Below are positions 13,030 to 25,919 of a DNA stretch of 64,000 bases, piece after piece; the stretch's first letter is position 1; each line of letters opens with the position of its first letter. Below the pieces are notes generated by a model, which was not told the DNA's origin, ran no database searches, and saw only the letters and a program-made list of their open reading frames with translations. The DNA is from Mobula hypostoma (lineage: Eukaryota): positions 53,756,001 through 53,820,000 of the forward strand of contig NC_086097.1 in the NCBI RefSeq assembly GCF_963921235.1, in the 5' to 3' direction. The position numbers were made by a program, and so were the translations under genes.

Positions 13030-13752
13030 ATCCTGGAGAGTGCGAACAAAATCCTGGAGAGAGTGAGCAGTTTCAAGTTCCTGGATGACAAGGTCTCTGA
13101 GGATCTAATCTGGTCCCAACATATTGATGCAGCGAGAAAGAAGGCAAGACAGCGACTATACTTCATTAGGAGTTTGGAGAGATTTGGTATGTCAACAAAA
13201 GACACTCAAAAACTTCTATAGATGTACCGTGGAGAGACTTCTGACTGGCTGCATCACTGTCTGGTATTGGGGAGGGGGAGGGGGAGCTACTGCACAGGAC
13301 TGAAAGAAGCTGAAGGTGGTCATAAATCTAGTCAGCTCCATCTTGGGTACTAGCCTACAAAGTACCCTGGACATCTTCAAGGAGCAGTGTCTCAGAAAGG
13401 CAGTGTCCATTATTAAGGACCTCCAGCACCCAGGGCATGCCCTTTTCTCACTGTTACCATCAGGTAGGAGATACAGAAGCCTGAAGGCACACACTCAGCG
13501 ATTCAGGAACAGCTTCTTCCCCTCTGCCATTCGACTTCTAAATGGACGTTGAATCCTTGGACACTACCTCACTTTTTAAATATATGTTATTTCTTTTTTT
13601 GCATGATTTTTAATTTATTCAATACACATATTCTGTAATTGACATTTATTTTTTTCTTCCTCTGTATTATGTATTGCATTAAACTGCTGCAGTTAAGTTA
13701 ACAAATTTCACGACACATACCAGTGATAGTAAACCTGATTCTGTTTCTGAAA
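13030..13752 (+). mobile_element. Rex1/Babar-type LINE 3' fragment
   Basis: ERVSSFKFL..SEDLIWSQHID..KKARQRLYFIRSL and HPGHALFSLLPSGRRYRSLKAHTQRFRNSFFPSAIRLLN, followed by 3' UTR and a ctgattctg tail. Confidence 0.9.
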
Positions 13753-14574
13753 TGTAGGCAGCAGCAAACTGTGAATAAAAAATATGGATTGAAAGAGAAC
13801 ACAGATAGAAGAAATGAAAGGTGAGAAGATGGGCTTCCCACCAGCAATGGTAAAATTTGTGTCTTTACCATGAACACAGCATTGGATGAATAAAAATGAA
13901 AATCTAGGTATCCAGTAATTGCTTACATGGAAGGAGGTCTGGAGGATCAGAGGATATAACTACATAAAAGATAAGCATTAGGACCATAGGACATAGGAGC
14001 AGAACTAGGCCGGGGACCCATTGAGTCTGCTCCGCCATTCCTTCATGGCTGATTTATTATCCCTCTCAACCCCACTCTCCTGCCTTCTCTCCATAGCCTT
14101 TGACACCCTGACTAACCAAGAACCTATCAACATCTGCTTTAAAAATACTCAATAACTTGGCCTCCATAGCTACCCGTGCCAATGAATTTCATAGATTCAC
14201 TACCCTCTGGCTGAAGAAATTCCTTCTCATCTCTGTTCTAAGTGGACATCCCTCTATTCTGAAATTGTGCCCTCTGGTCCTTGACTCACCTACTATAGGA
14301 AACCTCCTCTCCACATCCACTCTGTCAGCCTTTCAATATTCGATAGGCTTCAATGAGATCCTCCCTCATTCTTCTAAAGTCCGGTGAGTACAGGCCTAGA
14401 GCTATCAAATGCTCCTTATACATTAACTGTTCATTCCAGGATCACCCTTGTCAACCCCCTATGGACCCTCTCCAATGCCAGCACACCTTTTCTTAGATAA
14501 GGGGCCTAAATCTGCTCATAATACTCCAGGTGTGGTCTGGCCAATGCCTTATAGAGCCTCAGATCACATCATTG

Positions 14575-15247
14575 TGTAAGGGGGTTTCGTCTTTTATGTT
14601 ACTGTGTAGGCTAATTAAAATGGCTTCTTTGTTATTTTAAACGCTGATCAAGTTCTTGCGCTAGCAGCTTGTTTTTGGTTAGACTGTGATAAGAAGATGT
14701 TACGAACCAATTGGGATAGTTGTAATGTTTTTGGTGTATCTGAAGATATTGTACGTGCGGGGTTTTGGGGGCAGAAGATGGGAGAGAGAGAGACAGAGGA
14801 TGGACTAGGTGCTGTGAGCCCACTAACAGGGTCGGACCCCAAGCGGGGCGTTCGGCAAGGAGAGGAGACGGGGACGGACTCGTGTAGAGTGTCTGATTGA
14901 CCACCGTTGTTGGTCCCAAGTGGCCGGTCGAGGTGGTTCGAGGGGTCGCAGGGTGAAGAAGAAGGGTCCTGAGCTCCAACTGTTCATGCACGAAGAGATT
15001 GAACTTTGATAAGTGTGGCGCCTTTGATTTTCCTTTTATATTTTATTCTCTATTAATTATATAGTTCCAGTCATATCTATAAACTGTAAATCATTTAATC
15101 GTATCTGGTGTATTGTCTGTTATTTGGGCGGGGTGGGGTACATCACACAGCATCCACACAAACTAATTACCCAGTTTGGCAGGGCCGAGGGCTGTTTCCC
15201 TAGACGACAGCGGGCCGAGCGACCCTGAGGCTGGCCAGGGGCCTACA
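14575..15247 (+). mobile_element. Solo LTR (673 bp) with 4-bp TSD ATTG
   Basis: TGTAAG...CCTACA termini; ATTG at 14571-14574 and 15248-15251; the CR1 host reads through when it is removed. Strand is provisional. Confidence 0.88.
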
Positions 15248-16441
15248 ATTGCTCTTACAGTATATTCTAGTCCTCTCAAAATGAATGCTAACGTTGCACT
15301 TGCCTTCCTCACCAATGACTCAACCTGCAAGTTAACCTTTAGGGAATCCCTCCCAAGGTCACCCAAACTCCTTTGCACCTCTGATTTTTGAATTTTCTCC
15401 CTGTTTAGAAAATAGACTATCCCTTTATTTTTTTTGCCAAAGTTCCCATCACTACATTCAATCTGCCACTTCTTTGCCCATTCTCCCGATCTGTCTAAGT
15501 CCTTCTGCAGGTTCCCTGTTTCCTCAACACTACCTTCCCCTCAAATTATGTTTGTATCATTTGCAAACTTCTCCACAACCCTGTCAATTGTATCATATAA
15601 ATTGTTGACATATAAAGTGAAAAGAAGCACTCCTGTCATCGCCAACCAACAAAGATAGACTCCCATTATTCCAACTCCTTGCCTCATGCTAATCAGCCTA
15701 TCTTCTATCCATGCTAGTATCTCTCCTTTAATACCATGGGGTCTCGTCTTATTAAGCAGCCTCATGTGCAGCACATTGTAAAAGCCTTCTGAAACTCCAA
15801 GCAAAAAGCATCTGCTGACTCTCCTTTGTCTAGCCTGTCTGTTATTTCCTCAAAGAATTCCAACAGATTTGTCAGGCAAGATCTCCCCTTAAGGAAACCA
15901 TGCTGACTTTGCCCTACTTTATCTTGCACCTCCAAGTACCCTGAAACCTCATCCTTAATAATGGACTCCAACATCTCCCAACCAACTGGTCTATAACTTC
16001 CTATCTTCTGCCTTTGTAATTTTCCCATCCTCTGGAATCATTCCAGAATCTATTGATTCTTGAAAGATCATTACTAATGCCTCCACAATCTCTTCAGCCA
16101 CCTCTTTTAGAACACTGGGGTGCTGTCCATCTGACTTATCTACCTTCAGACCTTTCAGCTTCCCAATCACTTCCTCCTTAGTAATAGCAACTACACATAC
16201 TTCTGCCCTCTGACACTCTCAAATTTCTGGCATACTGCTGGTGTCTTCCATAGTGAAGACTGACTCAAAATACTTATTAAGTTCGTCTACCATCTCTGTG
16301 TCCCCCATTACTACCTCTCCACTGTATTTTTCCAATAGTCCCATATCCACTCTCACTTCTCTTTTCTTCTTTATATAAATGAAAAATCTTGTAGTATTCT
16401 CTTTCATATTATTAGCTTGCTTACCTTCGTGTTTCATCTTT

Positions 16442-19400
16442 TCTAAAAGAAATAGATCCATTGCGCTTTCTACCTCTTTAGATTAATGCAACATAAAACT
16501 GTATATGTGCAAAACATTACCTTTCCCTTCCATAAACCCAAATTCCAAATATAATAACAATCCATAAAAACTTCACTGTTCTAAAGCTTCAGTCTTTTGA
16601 GTGGTGCTCTGCTTCTTTCAGGATAGCGCCTGTGGACCTGTGGTGTGGTATCAGGTTTGGCAGGTGTCTTGTATAAGACAACGTTCTCAGTTTCCGATGT
16701 CACGTTGCTGTCAGTGACATCATCACTGAGAGGCAAGTCCGGTGACTGTGATGTGTCCATTTTGTTGGATGCAGTTGACTCAGGTGTGTTCTTCCTTTGA
16801 GCCTCCAGTATCTGGTCTAGATGCCGTCTCTACGTCTGATCTCCAACATCCACTGTATACATCAGTGGTCCAATTCTTGCAGCTTTCCTACTGGGCGTCC
16901 ACTTGTCTTCTTGGAAATCATGCATTAGGACTTCCTGTCCGATCTCAAAGCTCCTTGTTGCTTCACTTGGCAACTGGCTGAACTGTTTGTTCTGTACTTC
17001 CCTCGACAGATCTGGTTTCAGGAGGTCTGTGTGAGATCTCAGACCCCTGTTCATGAACAGCATTGCAGGTGTTTGATTTGTCGTCGCATGAACAGAGTTC
17101 CGATACACAAAAAGGAAGTTGTCCACCTTGTGCTGTGGAGAAATGTCTTCCTTGTCCATCACGTTCATGGACTTTGAATTAAATTGACTTTATTTCTTAT
17201 GTCCTTCACATACATGAGGAGTAAAAATCTTTACATTACCTCTCCATCTGAATGCACACTGTGCAATTTATACTAACTTGTAATAAATAGTATGTACAGT
17301 AAGATATACAAGAGAACAGTCAATATAGCTTAGAAATACAATTGTGTCAGCGTGAATTAATCAGTCTGATGGCCTGGTGGAAGAAGCTGTCCCGGAGTCT
17401 GTTGGTCCTGGCTTTAAAGCTGCGGTACTGTTTCACCAATGGTAGCAACTAGAACAGTTTGTGGTTGGGGTGACTCAGGACCCCAATGATCCTTCGTTTC
17501 CTTTTTACACACCTGTCTCTGTAAATGTCCTGAATAGTGGGAAGTTCACATCCATGGATGCGCTGGGCTGTCCGCACCACTCTCTGCAGAGTCCTGCAAT
17601 TGGGGTAAGAACATTTCCCATACCAGGCAGTGATGCAGCCAGTCAGGATGCTCTCAATTGTGCCCCTGTGGAAAGTCCGTAGGATTTGAGGAATCACGCC
17701 AAACTTCTTCAACTATCTGAGGTGAAAGAGGCACTATTGTGCTTTTTTCACCACACAGCTGGTATGTACATATCAAGTGAGGTCCTCAGTGATGTATACA
17801 CTGAGGAACTTAAAGCTGTTCACCCTCTCAACCCCAGATCCATTGATGTCAATAGGGTGAGCTGTCTCCATTCCTCCTGTCATCCACAACCAGTTCCTTT
17901 GTTTTTGCGACATTGAAGGAGAGGTTGTTTTCTTGACACCATTGTGATGGTGATGACCTCTTCTCTGTAGGCTGCATCATCATTATTATTTGAGATAAGG
18001 CCAATCAATGTAGTATCATCTGCAAATTTAATTAGCAAATTGGAGCTGTGGGTGGTGACACAGTCATGAGTATACAGAGAGTAAATGAGGGGGCTTAGGG
18101 CACAGCCCTGAGGGACTCCTGTGTTGAGGGTCAGAGGGGCAGAGGCGAGGGAACTCACTCTTACCACCTGCCGTCGATCTGGCAGGAAGTCCAGGATCCA
18201 GCTATACAAGGCAGGGTGAAGGTTGAGGTCTCTGAGCTTCTTGTCAAGCCTCGAGGGAATTGTGGTGTTGAATGTTGAACTGTATTTCAAGAACAACATT
18301 CTCACATTAGCTTCCCTCTTCTCCAGGTGTGCAAGGACGGCGTGTAGAGCTGTGGCTTGAAGGTTGGGATAAACCTTTCAGCTAACCCATTCATTACTGA
18401 GTGGCGAGGAGCTGACTTGATGCCATTTTTCTTCATGAAGAGTCAGGATTGTTCTGATGTGTATTGTGGTCTGTTGTCACTCACAATTTGTTCTGGTAGT
18501 CCTCAGAGCAGAGACATTCTTTGCTGAGGTGGTTGACTTCATTGGTATAACCTCTGGCCACGTTGAATGAGCATCCACAGCAATCAGAAGCATACAGTCC
18601 GTAAGTAGCCCAACACAGTCAATATGTACTCTTTGCTGTGGTGACAACGCTCACTCCCATGGGTGAAACACAGCCTATGGGGACACATTTTGAACTTTTT
18701 AGCATCCCCAATAGCTTTTGGCTAAGCTTTCAATCTGTTTATTTATTACCTTCTCAAACACTTTCTCATTAGCATCAAGTAGCTGTGACAGCCTCTGGTT
18801 AGTGCTACCACTTGGGCTGCAGTTGCCTGTTGATGCCACACTGATAGCTTTGATTAAGTGCAGGTCTAGTTGGATTTTTCTTAATCATTCACATCCAAAA
18901 AGTGTTGACTCTCCTCTTTTCAATACATAAAGCTCTAACTGTTGTTTGGTCTCCATATGTCACACTTAATTTCAGTTTGCCTTTGGAAAACACTTTTTCG
19001 CCTGTGTAAGTCTTTAGCATCATTGAGGTCTTCCCTAACAGTATCTTAGAAAACACTCTGTTGTAGTCAGCCTCTGGGATTATGGACAAACCTGACCCTG
19101 TATCCAGCTCCAATTTCAGTTTCGCACTGGACACATCTATTATGATCCAGATGATTTTGTGATCTACTTCAATTATACTATGCAGTTCTAGGCATGACAG
19201 TTCACTTTTGTCAGACTCTATGTAGTCTGATTCTGTTTTACTTTCGGTAACTTTATGGATTTGCTTAGTTTTGTGTTTGAGTCTTTTCACTCGGTTGTGT
19301 TTTTTGTCTGCCTTGCACATTCTCTCTATGTAACCTTGTCTGTGACACTTTCTGCAAACTTTTTCTTTGAACCAATAGTCATTTGAATCATGGGAAGATT

Positions 19401-20319
19401 TGCCACATCGATAACATCTTTGGCATTTTGCACCATTCAGGGACATTTTGTGCATTTCACATTCTAACCTCCTTTTCTGTAGTTCTGCAGCAGCCTTTGT
19501 TGTAGTCCCTATGGACATTGCAATGGTCAATGTCCATTCTAAGATTAGGTTTCTTTTAGTCGCTTTGACTATGTATGCCGCTTAAAAGTCTGCCCCTTAA
19601 TGCATCAGAAAGTCCATCTCTAAAGTCACAACACTGGGAAAGTTTGTGCAGTTCTGCAATGTACTCAGAAAGGCTTTCATCTTTTGACTGGTTCCACTTG
19701 TAAAATCTAAATCTCTCGGCCATTACCAGTGGAATTGGGCTCAAGTAATTTTGAAAAATTGTAACAATTTTGTCGAACATCTTACTTGTTGGCTTTCTTG
19801 GGCTCATTAAGCTAAGAAGTGTAGGGGCTTTCTTTTATTCCTCCACGTCATTTGCATTACAATACAGTTCCACCCTCTCGATATATGACTCCCAGTCTTC
19901 TTTAGTGCTATCAAATTCGTCAACTTTTCATATTGAAGCCACCAGCATGTTATTTTCACTTTAAATTCAGTGCATCTTTCACTGTTACTATGCACTATAC
20001 TTGTGTGTTTGTTGTCATCTGTGACGGCCTTCCCGTGCTGTTTAATATCACCAACAGCACCGACAGTCGTCCTGTAACTGTCGGTGCTGTTGGTGATATT
20101 CTCTGACACTCAGGTTCGCACTCGTGGCCAAGTCGTTGTGTCTGAGGACAACTACATATATATACTAAATAAAAGCACGCACACAGCAGACCGGTTTAAC
20201 TGGTTTATTCACATTGCAGCGAGAGAGAGTGAGAACAATGTACATACACAGACAGCAGATCAATTCGTAGTTCTAAGGGGAGAATCATTGCTCTAAAAGA
20301 AATAGATCCATACATGACA
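16442..20319 (-). mobile_element. Gypsy LTR retrotransposon (Mag-like), RT/RNaseH-less, copy 1; 3' LTR mostly deleted
   Basis: 5' LTR ~20134-20319; PBS TGGCCACGAG next to it; gag (AERFRFY..QSKDESLSEYIAEL), two CCHC-type knuckles, protease LELDTGS, integrase (FLFVYRNSVHATTNQTPAML); 3' LTR remnant 16442-16465. Confidence 0.88.
17179..18355 (-). mobile_element. 5'-truncated Rex1/Babar LINE nested in Gypsy copy 1 integrase
   Basis: WILDFLPDRRQVVRV..TGVPQGCALSPLIYSLYTHDC..KFADDTT and GTIESILTGCITAWYG; ttgaa at both junctions; copy 2 lacks this insert. Confidence 0.92.
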
Positions 20320-22854
20320 GTAGGCATTCTACAAATTTCTTGGGATCTGACTTGGGATTCTCTTGGGATCCAGCACCAACCTGATTTTCCCTATCTACCT
20401 GCATATTGAAATTGCCCATAGCTATCATAACATTGCCGTTAATACATACTTTTTCTATTTCCTGTTGCAATTTATATCTTACATTCTGGCACAGTTTGGA
20501 GGCCTCTATGTAACTTCTACCAGTGTCTTTTTATCTGTGCAGTTTCTCAACTCCACCTACAAGGTCTCTCCATTTTCCAGTCCTAGGTCACTTCTTTCTA
20601 AGGATTTGATTTCATATTTTACCATTCGAGCCACTCCACCCCCTCTGCCTACCTGCCTGTCCTTTCAATACAATGTGTATCCTTGGATGTTAAGCTCCCA
20701 ACTATGATCTGATTTCAGCCACAATTCAGTGTTGTCCTCAATGTCATACCTGCCAATCTCTAATTGTGCTACAAGATCATCTACCTTATTCCATATACAT
20801 ATACCGCGTGCATTCTAATATTTATCACCATCAGTCCTGTAGTCATCACCCTTTTCAACTTTGCCTCCATATTACATTTCAACACATCCCACTAATTGCA
20901 ATTTTGCCCTATCATCTACCTGTCCTTCCTCACAGTCCTATGACACACTATCAACTTGTATACCACCTGGCCCACCCTCAGCTCTATCACTCTGATTCCC
21001 ATCCCCCTGCCAACTTGGTTTAAACCTACGCCAACAGCACCAGCAAATCTGCCCGCAAGGATATTAGTCCCCCTCAGTTTTAGGTGTAACCTGTGCATTT
21101 TGTATAGGTCAAACCTTCGCCAGAAGAGATTCCAATGATCCAGAAATCTGAAACCATGCTCCCTGCACCAGTTCCTCAGCCACTAATTCACCTGGGATGT
21201 GGTACTAGGAGTAGTCCGGAGATTTTTACCTTGGAGGTCTTGCTCTTCAGACTCTTCCCTAGCTCCCTATTCTCATTATGCAGGACCTCTTCCCCTTTCT
21301 ATCTATGTCATTGGTGCCAATGTGCACCGTGACTGCTGTTGAGAATCTTGTACAGCCACTCTGAGATGTGCTGAAGCCTAACATCTTAGGGGACAACACA
21401 CCATCCTGGCTTCTCTTTCATGGCCACAGAATCTGCTGTCCATCCCCCTAACTATTGAGTCCCCTTACAGTAACACTCTGCCTGACTTTACTGAGCTTCC
21501 GAGCTGGCCACCTTGCCACAGGCCTGGCTGCTGTTGCTGTGCCCTGATGGGTTAACCCTCCTGAAGCAGTATCCAAAAGGGCTGAGGGGGAATGCCCTTT
21601 CTTCATAAAGAAGTAGTCAGATCCATATAAAGCACACTATATATCATGATCGAGTTACCTGGTTATATTCTAAAGGGCTTCTAGATCCATTTTCTGAACA
21701 ATGGGTGAGGCAGATTCGCTCAATGTCTATTTTGCAGCTTGCTTTGTAATCCTGGAATGCACAATTTGAACTTGGGACTCCTACTCTTGGTCTCTTGGTC
21801 TATCTCTATAGATGGATGAAATAATTCAAGATTTTTTTTTCCATTTAGATGCTAACAATTCACATGAGATACATACCCTATACAAATCTGCAAACTTTAT
21901 GAGCATGGACAATATTTATCATAGATTTCAAGAACATGATACACTATAACTATTACTTTATGTTTCTTCTTTCATGTGTTTTCTATTTTTATTAGTAGTA
22001 AAACATAGTCTTTAATGAATGAAGAAATCACACCTCAACCTTTGTTAAAACATTGGCAGATCTCGTAATGTCTATATTCTCGTTCATCCACTGAGCTACA
22101 CCACTGCATCTTCCTGCAAGAATTAAGATTGTGGTGAACTTGCTACTTGGAAAGTTGCCAGATGACAAATTCAAGGCATTTGAATTCGCCTTCAACGCCG
22201 GTAAAATCTGCCATTTCCATTGGAAAAGAAATGTAGCTATTCCTAATGCAAAGAAACCTGGTCACTTCAGGAAGAAAATAATGAGTGCCAAACCAGCAAC
22301 AGCTTGGAAGCATATTCAAAATAAGTTAAGAACCACAGGAATTCATGTTCATGGTGAACTTGCAAACTACTGGGTGAATACACACAGTGACCTTGAAGGA
22401 TGGAATCACAATGCACGCCCTTGTATGGTTCTCGGTGTAGCAGCAACAGTTACCATATTTTGTGTCACATCTCTTTGTGAAGTGAAGGACACTTAAATAG
22501 TACTCCTCAGTAAACTTAGAACAGAAAAGTGCCTTGAAGATCCACTGTGTCGCCTTCCTCTGTCAGCTTTTAAGCTGCTTCTCCTATCCCAGTCTGCCTC
22601 ATTCCTCCCTCTTGTCATTCAGGTATCTAATTCAGGAAATAATATTCCCTTAATTGAAGTCAGAAATCTGTTCGCTGGAAGAAAAAAAAACCTGATGTGA
22701 AAATGGTCTAATAGGACAGATGTTCGAGACTACCATGGACATGGTGAATGCCCTAGGGTGGTTGTCAGCCTAAAATGGATCTGGAATCGGAAAAGGTAAA
22801 TTAACAACTAACCAATGTGCTATTGATCAGCCTTTTTAAACGACACTGTTGTCT

Positions 22855-23325
22855 GTTGCAACACACACAAAATGCTGGATGAACTCAGCAGGCCAGGCAG
22901 TATCTATAGAAATGATTAAATAGTCAACGTTTCCGGCTGAGAACCTCCTTCAGAACTGAGAAGGAAGGGGGAAGATGCCAGAATAAAAAGTTGGGAGGAG
23001 GAGGAGGAGGAGGAGGACAGCTGGAAGGTGATAGGTGAAGCCAGGTGGGTTGGAGAAGAAGGAATCTGATAGGTGAGGGGAGTGGACCACAGGTGAAAGA
23101 GAAGGAGAAGGGGAAGTGATGGTCTGAATGTAAAGCCATATCCTGGGAACAGATGTGGCAGAGGTGAAGAAACTGAGAAAAGGAAATAGCATTTTCACAG
23201 GAGATGGGGTGGGAAGAGGTATAGTGGAGAAAACTGTGGGAATCAGTAGGTTTATAAAAGATGTTGGTTGACAGTTTGTCTCCAGAGATGGAGACAGAGA
23301 GATTGAGAAAGGGGAGGGAGGTGTC
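22855..23325 (-). mobile_element. Penelope-like element remnant
   Basis: acacacaaaatgctggatgaactcagcagg end shared with 1400-1440; hammerhead-like motif at 22921-22958; purine-rich tract. Confidence 0.8.
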
Positions 23326-24958
23326 AGACTATTGTCTGTTACTGCCTCAATTTACTGACCAGGTTATAATGTGGAGAGTTTGGCTTCTGGGCAGAGCAAT
23401 TTTATTCAATCTCAATGAGCCTCAAAGGAGTCAGCTTTTTTGAAATCTTAAAGCCCTGTAAAACAAGATAGATTAATTTTTTAGTCAAAACATACAAGAC
23501 TGAACCTTACTCCTCCTTGTTATATATATTGTGTATTTTGTCTTAAGATTTTAGTGGTTGCCTCTTCAAAATTCGATCACTGTACTTCAGAAGTTGTTAA
23601 AGCAACTAAACCTACGGTATGCCCATCATCCTGGCCTACAGTTCTGACCGCATTAATGTATGTAGGAGACAGAAGGAGTCTTGTTAATTCATGCTTGTCC
23701 AGTGGATACCTACATTATGAAAGACACATCTTAGCTGCCTGTCAACTGGGAATGCTGAGAATCCCAACCACTGCTGCCCAACAATTGCACTCCTGGACTC
23801 CCGGATATCAGTCTCAGCCAGGTAGAAATGAAAACGGTTCCACAGAAACTGAACTCTTTTACAGAGACTGGATCTCAGTTTTTTCACTCCCACTAGATTC
23901 CTGGTGAACTTCTGCAAGTGTGCTGGAAAACTTCAGACGCTGTCTTCAACCAAGACATAATGTTGTGAGGTTGTTATGATGGTCTCTCTGGTAACAGGCT
24001 TAAGAAGGGCATAGCACATAATTTTTATATATGCAGACTTCATCTCTGGTTCGGCTTATGTTTGACTAACAGTTCCCTTTTGAATTTGAGGTGCCAGTTT
24101 TCAAAGTCCATAAGATTCCAGTAATTCCTTCCAAGATTAAAAAAAAAGTGCCTGTCTCTTTGGTCTGAGAATTGATAGCAGGAGAATTACACAGAAAAGT
24201 GACTTATGAAGTAACTAACATGAAATTTGGAGACATTTTGGAAAGAATGGATAGAATAAAATTCTTGAAAGTATGAAAAATACTTTCATTTCTTACAAAA
24301 TTGAGGCTCCGTTTTGGTGATTCAACATTACTTTCTGCCTGGGGGAATCTCGCGGACCCTGGTCAATCCTTGAGCCTCTGAATAGTGTTACCTTCCATCT
24401 GGAGACTCCTGCTGAGATGAGGGCTGGATCCCCAGGGTGCACCTCGATATGAGAATGTAATCAGCTGCCATGGTGCCTATAAAATGGGTAAAAACTTTCA
24501 AATTGCTTATGGGACTGTTCAGTCTATCACTCTGAGAGCAGTTAAACAACTCCAACCACCTGGAAACATTTCTGCTCCCTCTCAATAACCTGGGAACACT
24601 GGATGCCTGAACCTAACAGTTGTCCCTTGTGCTCTATATTAAAGCAAAAGGAAATAAAAAAAAATTTATAATGTATTTTTCATATATATGCATATACACA
24701 ATATTCTACCTGAATAATAAGGAATGCTGACCTCGGAGAGAAAGTGGGTCAGGGATTGGGAAGAAGCTGAAATGGTAAAGCAAGATTGGTGGAGATCACA
24801 AAAATATATCCCTGAGCTGCCATCCGCCGTCAACTTCAAAACAAAAACCAATAAGTTTATGGGAAATCCAGAATGTTGTGCGCAATTAATGAAATTACAT
24901 TGTTTCATTCAATTTTTTAAAGTTACGACTGCTTTACTTGATCACAAAGCCAAAAAGA

Positions 24959-25881
24959 ATATCTACCTTTTAAATATATTACTGTTGTATCACAGTTAAA
25001 TTGCTTATCATCTGTGTAGTAAGTTCAATTCTTGTTATGAATTTTAATTGATATTTTATATGAATACCGTACTGTTTTTGAAACCCAGCATGTAGATTTA
25101 TGGAAGCATAAAATGACTGAAGGCCATTATCATATATGCTTGCTGTTAGTTAACACATGTAGACTGGCAGCAGCTCATTTTCATCAGGGGAGGCTGGGAC
25201 TCACAAAGGAGATGCTGGGAGTTATGAATGCCAGGCTCCTGAGGATACATAGAGGCAAAATTGTCAGCATTCCTCATCATTACCATGAAACTGACAATCT
25301 GTGGTCTCCCTTTGCCAAGTTAAACACAGAAATCTGCTGCAATCATATCCTGTTTCTCAGAAATTGACATTTTCGAGGATTGAAATCCTTTTAAAATTAC
25401 TGAGTTGACTTTAAGGTTTAATGCAATTTTCTTTCTGCAAAGGCTTAAGCCTTGTTGAATGGCAAGTATCAACTTCGTGGCATGAGTCTGAATTACTGCT
25501 GAACAACTCTCCATCCCTAAAATTCCTCAGTCCAATTATTTTAAAGTTTGGTCTTTAAAAAGCTCATTAAATTTATTTTATTAAGTTTTGCTTGCTGTGT
25601 CAACTTCAACCATGCACTCATGAAAATATACCAATCTTTTTTATGCTCCTGGTAAAATGTTTGTAAAATTAATTTAAAATATGTGAACTCTGGTTCCTGT
25701 TTTGGTTCCTATATCTACCCTTTTAAATATATAACTGTTATGTCACAGTTAAATTGTTTATCATCTGTGTAATAAATTCACTTCTAGCTTTAAATTTTAA
25801 TTGATATTTTGTATGAATACTTTACTGTTTTTGAAACCTAGAATGCAGATTTATGGAGGCAGAAAATGACTTGAAGGCCAT
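24959..25881. repeat. Dispersed direct repeat pair, ~170 bp (24959-25127 and 25711-25881)
   Basis: atatctacc..ttttaaatatat...cacagttaaattg..tatcatctgtgta...ttttaattgatatttt..atgaatac..tactgtttttgaaacc...gatttatgga...aaaatgact(t)gaaggccat present twice with scattered substitutions. Confidence 0.9.
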
Positions 25882-25919
25882 GTGACTGGCTACTGCTGAT
25901 AACAGCAGTGTTGCTAGTT

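Larger units (their letters stand above)
13975..21600 (-). mobile_element. Degenerate near-full-length CR1 LINE hosting a solo LTR and a Gypsy element
   Basis: 3' end at ~13980; RT pieces (SQHGFLKGRSCLTNLLEFFEE, FANDT) at 15250-16440; APE piece (MGNFNMQVD..NQVG) at 20320-20700; ORF1 esterase-like (LHLKLRGTNILAGRF) at 20900-21600. Confidence 0.85.

Noticed and set aside
22131..22496. 121-aa ORF in unique sequence
   Set aside because: GTG start, no recognisable domain and no convincing splice signals.
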